Assembly (NCBI GenBank): GCA_036725345.1
Contig: DAIMEJ010000009.1
Location: 66,169-130,168, forward strand
DNA from: Syntrophales bacterium
Lineage (GTDB): Bacteria > Desulfobacterota > Syntrophia > Syntrophales > UBA2192
Length of the DNA stretch: 64,000 bases
Direction: 5' to 3'
The translations under genes and the position numbers were made by a program. Below, one piece after another: positions 63,343 to 64,000 of this stretch. The notes under the pieces are model-generated. The model did no database searches, was not told where the DNA came from, and was given only the letters and a program-made list of their open reading frames with translations. Every line of letters begins with the position of its first letter. The first letter of the stretch is position 1.

Positions 63343-64000
63343 TAGGAAATCCGAGGGGTTAGAGGTTCAGTGCTATGTGCTTCTAACCCTTCTTTTTTTC
63401 CTTTTTCTAACGGATTTCTAACGGATGCGCCGAAATAGGCCTCAAGAAGCTCAACTTGACGCCTTGTGAAGTCCGCATCATTGAAGAGGTGACCATATCG
63501 GTCCATCGTGATGTTGATGGAGGAATGTCCGAGTTGCGTCGATATGTACTTCACATTCTGACCCGCCTGAATCCTCATCGAAGCATTTGAGTGCCTCAAT
63601 GAATGAAACGACACCTTTCTTAACCCTGCACGTCTGAGGGCGGGATTAAAGTGGCTCTTTATCAGAGTATTGTGATTGGTGGGTTTCCCATCAGTATTGG
63701 GGAAGGCAAGGTCTTGTTTGCTGATGGGACATGCAAGTTTCCATTTCTTGAGTTCAAAGGCGAGACTGGTGGAAATATCAACCTTACGGATTGACGTCTT
63801 TGTTTTTGGTGTCTGAAATTCTCCGTTCCAGAGGGACCGCCTTACATAAATCTGACCCGAGTTCCAGTCAACATCCCCCCACTGCAACCCCCAAAGCTCC
63901 CCTGCCCTCATTCCGGTCATGACTGCCGTACGTAATGCCATCCGGTAGGCTTCGGTTGAATGGTGCAGCAGTTTTTCAATCTCAGGCGGTTCTAGGATTT
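63321..64000 (-). mobile_element. int: Tyrosine recombinase / phage-type integrase gene, 5'-truncated by the window end; 3' end overlaps tRNA-Leu
   Basis: The frame stays open to position 64000 (...ILEPPEIEKLLHHSTEAYRMALRTAVMTGMRAGELWGLQWGDVDW...). Catalytic signature R (TGMRAGEL), HSLRHS and LGHSSINITMDRYGHL (H-x-x-R ... Y). AT-richer than the flanking chromosome. The stop codon (63321-63323) lies inside the tRNA gene. Confidence 0.88.
63356..63400 (+). terminator. Rho-independent terminator after tRNA-Leu(CAG)
   Basis: gggttaga (63356-63363), 18-nt loop, tctaaccc (63382-63389), followed by ttcttttttt. Lies inside the 3' tail of the integrase ORF on the other strand. Confidence 0.6.

Overview
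GC-rich (about 60% by eye) bacterial chromosomal window. Gene order and protein motifs suggest a deltaproteobacterium-like organism (Thermodesulfobacteriota/Syntrophia-like), which is an unverified inference. The window is almost entirely core housekeeping. On the minus strand, 1-15.6 kb holds tuf(5' end)-fusA-rpsG-rpsL, rpoC-rpoB, rplL-rplJ, rplA-rplK, nusG-secE, tRNA-Trp, rpmG and a Thr/Gly/Tyr/Thr tRNA operon. Next come a Memo/AMMECR1 fusion gene, gap-tpiA-secG-tRNA-Leu(GAG), and a small accessory-looking block (SIMPL protein, HEAT-repeat protein plus permuted NlpC/P60-like protein, phosphate acyltransferase plus ACT protein). gltX follows with tRNA-Gln and tRNA-Glu. A long plus-strand, often translationally coupled gene train runs from 26 to 42.6 kb: yceD-rpmF-fabD-fabG-acpP-fabF-rpiB-glyA-dCMP deaminase-nrdR-ribE-ribBA-ribH-nusB-hypothetical-trkA-trkH-leuS-lptE. 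After it lie rpsT, a TauE-family permease, ogt, and proB-obg-csp-rpmA-rplU. A fused B12-type radical SAM/DUF2344 gene is coupled to mdh. The remaining genes are purU, hpt, a split metH, tonB, pyrE, nfi, an MBL hydrolase and ribF. The window ends with tRNA-Leu(CAG) abutting a truncated, AT-richer tyrosine integrase, which marks the edge of a genomic island. Ten tRNAs were read by hand, and two genes missing from the ORF track (rpmG, tuf 5' end) were recovered. I found no CRISPR array, defence, toxin-antitoxin, reverse-transcriptase or secretion locus, and no convincing novel multi-gene system. The best leads are modest: (1) the hypothetical-mdh-radical SAM/DUF2344 operon next to rplU; (2) the Memo-AMMECR1 fusion with no radical SAM partner; (3) the exported HEAT plus permuted-papain pair with a CFIATAAYGS C-terminal module; (4) a TIR-bounded 127-bp element in the rib cluster; (5) phased heptamer arrays in two intergenic spacers; (6) the tRNA-Leu/integrase island boundary. 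All functional names rest on motifs and synteny recognised by eye, because no database search was possible.
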